Source: the human T2T-CHM13v2.0 reference genome, Homo sapiens. From it: a DNA stretch of 64,000 bases. The stretch lies in assembly GCF_009914755.1 (NCBI RefSeq), contig NC_060930.1; one strand, 5' to 3'. Every line of letters begins with the position of its first letter. Position 1 is the first letter of the stretch. Under the pieces are notes generated by a model that saw only the letters and a program-made list of their open reading frames with translations, ran no database searches and had not been told where the DNA came from. Positions 58,039-64,000 of the stretch are shown one piece after another. Both the position numbers and the translations under genes were made by a program.

Positions 58039-60485
58039 TATTCTAGAGCCTTTTAGCCAAGGTGTAGACCAGGGCTATTCAGTTCCCCCTGTGGGGAAGA
58101 CTCTTACAAAGGGCTAATGTTAGATGAGGCAATTCCGGGTGTCCTAAGAGAAGTGAGAGCAATTAATCAGAACTTCAGTGTCTGCATGAAGACAGAACCG
58201 CACCCTAAAGCTAACTGGGACTTGCTCTGATACCTGGGCTTCCTTGTCCTTAGAGAGTTTGGATTCTGGGCTTGGAGAAAGCCAGGTACATCACAAGTCA
58301 TTCACCACCTCTGCATATAGGAATCCTCATCCTTGACTCAGTTTGAGACAACAGTAGGATTCCAGTGCCTCCCAGACCCATTTCATCATGGAGGCAGGGC
58401 CTGGTTTGACTTGATGCTTCCAGCCGAAGAATCAGGACGTTGTCTCAATCCTTCCTTTCTCCTGGCCCTTTCTATCTATGGGTTCAATGAGATTCTAGAC
58501 TCCAAAAAGAAGCTGATCTCAAATTCTTCATTTTGGTTTATCTAATTTGGAAATAAATACAATGATGGAGGATGAAAATCAAGGACAACTTCTTCAAGAT
58601 GTTAGAGGAGAAACTGAAATACTGGGTAGATCCACAAAAAATGAATGAATAAATAAAAATTAATAGACAAATTCTCTGAAGAACTATACGAATTCCAAGG
58701 GAATTCTTCTGCCATTTTTGGAGATAACGGTCAAAACACAGCTCCATCAAACCTTCTGCTACCATTTTCTTGGTGATAGTATTAAAATTACATCACAGGG
58801 GAGGGTAGGTTCAGGGATCTAAAAAATCAAACCTGACAAGCAACAAGTCATGTGTTTCCAGGGGACATTGATTCCCAGGAAGTACTTTAGAAGATCAGTT
58901 GCTCTATAAGGAATATGGATTGAGGTCCCTGACTTTAGCCAGGGTTAGCCATATGTTCAAAGGGTCAAAGTAAGATATAGAAGCTCAGCTTCCAAAACTA
59001 GCCCTCTCCTCAGGGTCAATATCATTAGATGAATCTATGTCCCTTTTCTGAAGTAGAGGCCTCCCTGGGTGAACTTGGTTCAGAGAGGAAGAATATGGGC
59101 AAATCATAAGAAGTTTTTTAACATTTGATTTAGAGTAAGAATCCTAATTCCTCATGACCCACTCACCATCCAGGTGGCAGAAGACATGAGTTGATGTTCC
59201 CAGTTCCAACCAAACGGGTAATTTTTTTATTCATTTGCAAGGGTATGAGAAGTTCATTCAAACCCTTACTTTCCAATATAGCAGCTCCTGTTCTCACTCA
59301 ATTTTTGGCAAAAGGTACTCAAAGTTTCAGCTTTATCCAAGAAGGCTTTGGGACTTGAGAGACTATGTTGAGAAATAGAAGATGTCATGAAAAACTACAG
59401 ATTCAGCTCAATTCAGAACATAATTATTTCCATTCTCATTTCTTACTTATTGCGGTGGGAGCTGAGTACTTCACATGGAAAACAACAGTCAATTTCTAAT
59501 AACACAAGGATATGTTTAGAAGTTAGATATATCTTGTTCAGCTAGTCTGTACTTAGGCACGTTTCTAAATATGTATTGTACTTTAATTTTTAAAAGTTGA
59601 GAAAAATTTCTTGCTTTTCAAAGTCCATCAACCAACTGTTGTTTATATACACATGTGTGTGCATAATTTTATTGAATTGATCCATATCAGAAAATTCATT
59701 CTATAGTAAACAGGTTTGCTTTTCCTGTTACATTGTAATTATCCTTGTCACAGATTTAAAAGTTTCTTCCACATAATTATATAATTAATTGTAACTTTAC
59801 ACTGTGATTTCAAAAACACAATTCTGATGAGACCATTTCAAGGTTGAAAAACCTCCCTTGGATTTCCACTTCCACCTAGGGAGTAGAAAGCTGGAAGAGT
59901 ATCTGCCCACTGGAATAATAGGAAAAGGCAGAAAAAAAAAATCATGCATTTCTTGAGCCCACTGGAGAACTGACCTCTCCCATTGGAGAAAGGACAACCA
60001 ACAGCCCAAAACTCAGGAAAGGATAGGCTTGCCCAAGAAAGCCAGTATTCACTGACTGGCTTACCTGTGAAAATGCATGAGAGAAAGGGGAAGTTGACAC
60101 ATAAGTGCGTAAGTAGAAATAAGCTAAAATTTTAAAAAAATTCTGAAGGACAACAGTGGACTAACACAAAAGTATGGAATCCATGGAAGTCCCAGACAGA
60201 AAGGGAGCTTGCACTTTCACATACCTCCATGGGGTGCTCATGAGAAAGCTGAGGGGCAAGGTAGGAGACAGGGAGAACCCCCTTAGTGGTGCAAGTGTTG
60301 GGAAGTAGGGCAGCTGCCTCTATGAAAAAGGGCTGAAGACTTGCCCCTTGCCCCTTGCCTGAGGATCTTCTCTGAAAGAGTAAATGTCTTGAGCTTCTAG
60401 GGGAAAGGGACCAAATCTTGCATCCCAAGGTACAAGTGAGATCCATTGTTGCTACAAGAAAGATAAAACAACAACAACAACAACG

Positions 60486-60879
<394 letters not shown>

Positions 60880-62193
60880 TTACTCCTGGTTGAGGGTGAG
60901 CAGACTTCTGATCAATATCTGTCACAGATACAAGGCAAAATTTGGCTGCCAAGTGGGAGACGGATGGGAACTCTGAGAAAGTCTCGCCTTAAAGTCCAGG
61001 AGCATAGAGCCTTCTGAAGACTCAGGGTGAATCAAGGCAACAGAGAACACTGCCTGTCCCTACTAGCCTGTGAAGCACAAAATAGCAAGCAAGAATATTC
61101 AACCTCTGGGGATGGAACTGGAGCATAGAGAGACACTCTCTGTGACGCAGGTACATGAGGATAATTTTTAAAGCTGATAATGGAGCATGAACACCAAAAA
61201 AAAAAATCATACACAACCTCAGAACTGCACCCTATGCACAAGACATTATTAGAAGAATTTGAACCTGGTAGTGCACTGAAGACAACAACAGTAAAACTCA
61301 ATCTCTGACTAGATTGAATCTCATGTAAATAACCTTACAGAAGAAGAGGCATACACATTTCCAGACATAAATTCTTGCTTTAGTCTTTACTGTTTTGCAT
61401 ACAATGTCCAGCATTTAATAAAAAAATTATAAGACAAAAAAGGCAGTGGGTGAGGAGGACAAACTTATTGTCAAGAGATAAAGCAATCAATAGAACCAGA
61501 CTCAAATGGCCCAATGTTGAACTTATTACAAATAAACTCTATAATAATTATAATTATTGTCTTAAAGGGCCTAGTGGAAAAAGTGGACAACTTTTATGAA
61601 CAAATGGGCTATTTCACTAGAGAGATGGAAACTATAAGAGTTAAATTGACAAGCTAGAAATAATAATAAAACAATATCAGAGATGAAGAACTCCTTCAGT
61701 GGACTAATTGGCTAGATTCAGCCCAGGAAAGACTCAGTAAACTTAAAGATAAATTTTTGACTATCATAAATAGAAAAATTGCAGTTTTGACATTACCCAA
61801 ATTAAAACACAAAGAGGCAAGACAGAAAAAGGAAAAGAAGCACAAACAAACACAGAGAATAGAAGGTCCAAGAGCTGTGAGACAATATAGGTAACTGGAG
61901 TTCCAGATAGGGAAGCTACAGATAAAAGAGTAGAAGCAACATTTCAAGGGACGATGGCTGAAAATCTTTCAAAAATAATGAAAGATATTGAGCCACAGAT
62001 CCAAGAAGCTTGGAGGAGCCTCAGGATAAATAACAAGAAATAAAAAGTAAAAAAATAAAATAAGATCAACACACCTAGACATTTATATTCAAACTTCAGA
62101 AAACAAGACATAAAAGAACAGACCTGAGAGCAGCCAGAGGAAAAATACATAAAAGAAATAACAAAAATAAGAGTTATGGTAGATTTATCTTTA

Positions 62194-62580
<387 letters not shown>

Positions 62581-63339
62581 TCAAATCAGAATTCTTTACC
62601 CAGTAAACATATCTTTCAAAAATAAGGGAAAATGAACATTTTTCAAGCAAAGAAAAACTGGATTCATTTCCAGCAGATCTGCATTACAATAAATGTTAAA
62701 GAAAGCTCTTCAGGAAAAAGGAATCTGATTATAGACAGATACTTGGTATAAAATCTATTATTTATTATTTTTAATCATTGTAAAAGATAGTTGGTTTCCT
62801 CAAGCAAAAATATCAACAATGTGTTGCTGGATTTATACTACATGTAAAACTAAACTATATCACAACAACTGTACTTTCACGTTTTGATAGAAGAGAGGGA
62901 TTAGAAATAAATTGTTGCAGGATTCTTACGATAAATGTGAAGTGGTATTATACTATTTGAAAGTAGACTATAATAAATTAAAGATGTATATTGCAAACCC
63001 TAGGGAAACCATATTAAAGTTTTGGAAAAGAAAATATTACTAATAAACATTGACTACAAAGGGGCATGAGGAAACTTTTTGAGGTGATATATTTACTTGT
63101 TCACTTGTTACAGCATTTGTAAAAATTCATAGATCTGTATACCTAAAAAGAATGATGTTTTACTGTATGTGAATTACACCCCAATAACTATGACCCTCCA
63201 AAAAAAACCCAAGAAATTTCTCAAGACTTTTTCTTTCCTCCTTCTTTTCCCTTCACTTCTTTACTAAAAAATAAGTTGTAGAGTCATCTTGGTGAGCTTA
63301 GCAAGGTAGGCATACATGATGAAGGTGGAGGAGCCACTG

Positions 63340-63970
63340 TGGGTCCAAGTAGAATGTCAGAGTCTTTGCAGGGTAGAGGGATCACACTCCCAAGTTGTGG
63401 CCTTCTGCAGGGTGTTACAGTTCATCAGGATAAGGAGAATGTCACTGTGGGGGTGTAGCCTGGTATAGGTAGTCAGGGTCCAAACAGAGTGAAGAAGGCA
63501 CCTCACAAGCAGGTGACTCAGGGTGGGGAGTCAAATCCTATGTGGGGTAAGTAAAGCATTCCCAAGTGGTGGTGGCACAGTGTGGGATGTCATAGCCCGA
63601 ATGGAGTGAATAGTGTGTTTCTATGAGAGGAAGTCCAGCATGGGCGTTGGAGCCCAGGCATGAGAAAGAGAGTAAGATGAAATTGGTCCAGCAGGGATTG
63701 GGAACCAGAGCAGGGCAGGAAATGTGTCTTCATAGGGTAAGGGACGGGCATGGGATGGCCCAGCATGGTGTCCTGGGGCGGAGGTCAGATCCTGAAGAGA
63801 GTGAGGAGGATGTCCATGTAGAATATGGCCCAGCATTTGGTGTCAGATTAAAGAGGGGGCATCCATGCAGGGAATACAGGCTGGCACAATGTCTCAGAGC
63901 CCAGAGGGGTAGGAAATGCTTCCATGGCATGGGGTGTTGGGGCCCAAGCAGGATGAGGAGGGCTTCCTCC
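63340..63970. repeat. Highly degenerate tandem array, unit about 55-60 bp
   Basis: Recurring gtcagagcccaagcagggtgaggagggc-like motif near 63470, 63528, 63587, 63781, 63890, 63935. Confidence 0.5.
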
Positions 63971-64000
63971 TCTGTCAAGCTAGAACACATGGTTTCAACT

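Overview
Primate (most likely human) non-coding DNA, intronic or intergenic, and roughly half interspersed repeat. I found no protein-coding exon, tRNA, rRNA, snRNA or CRISPR array that I can support, and I could not identify the locus. Nearly all entries in the ORF track are repeat-derived or chance ORFs. Landmarks: a full-length but dead L1PA7-like LINE-1 (12001-18524, minus strand, 16-bp TSD), several older L1M fragments, 12 Alus, solo LTRs (THE1, MLT1, MLT2A, MER57, ERV1-class), MER DNA-transposon relics, a near full-length Hsmar1 mariner nested in a MER57 LTR and itself hit by an Alu, a small CpG island at about 43.0-43.7 kb, and three tandem repeats. I do not see evidence for a new multi-gene system. 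The best leads are molecular scars and candidate regulatory elements: (1) the first codons of L1 ORF1 copied into ORF2 of the same L1; (2) a 230-bp foreign insertion splitting an Alu at its B box with a palindromic junction; (3) an isolated internal L1 fragment of about 80 bp with no tail or TSD; (4) a two-letter 7-bp minisatellite that creates nine PRDM9 13-mer matches; (5) an MLT2A LTR with a perfect DUX4 site. Repeat subfamily calls come from remembered consensus sequences, and boundaries of old elements are approximate.
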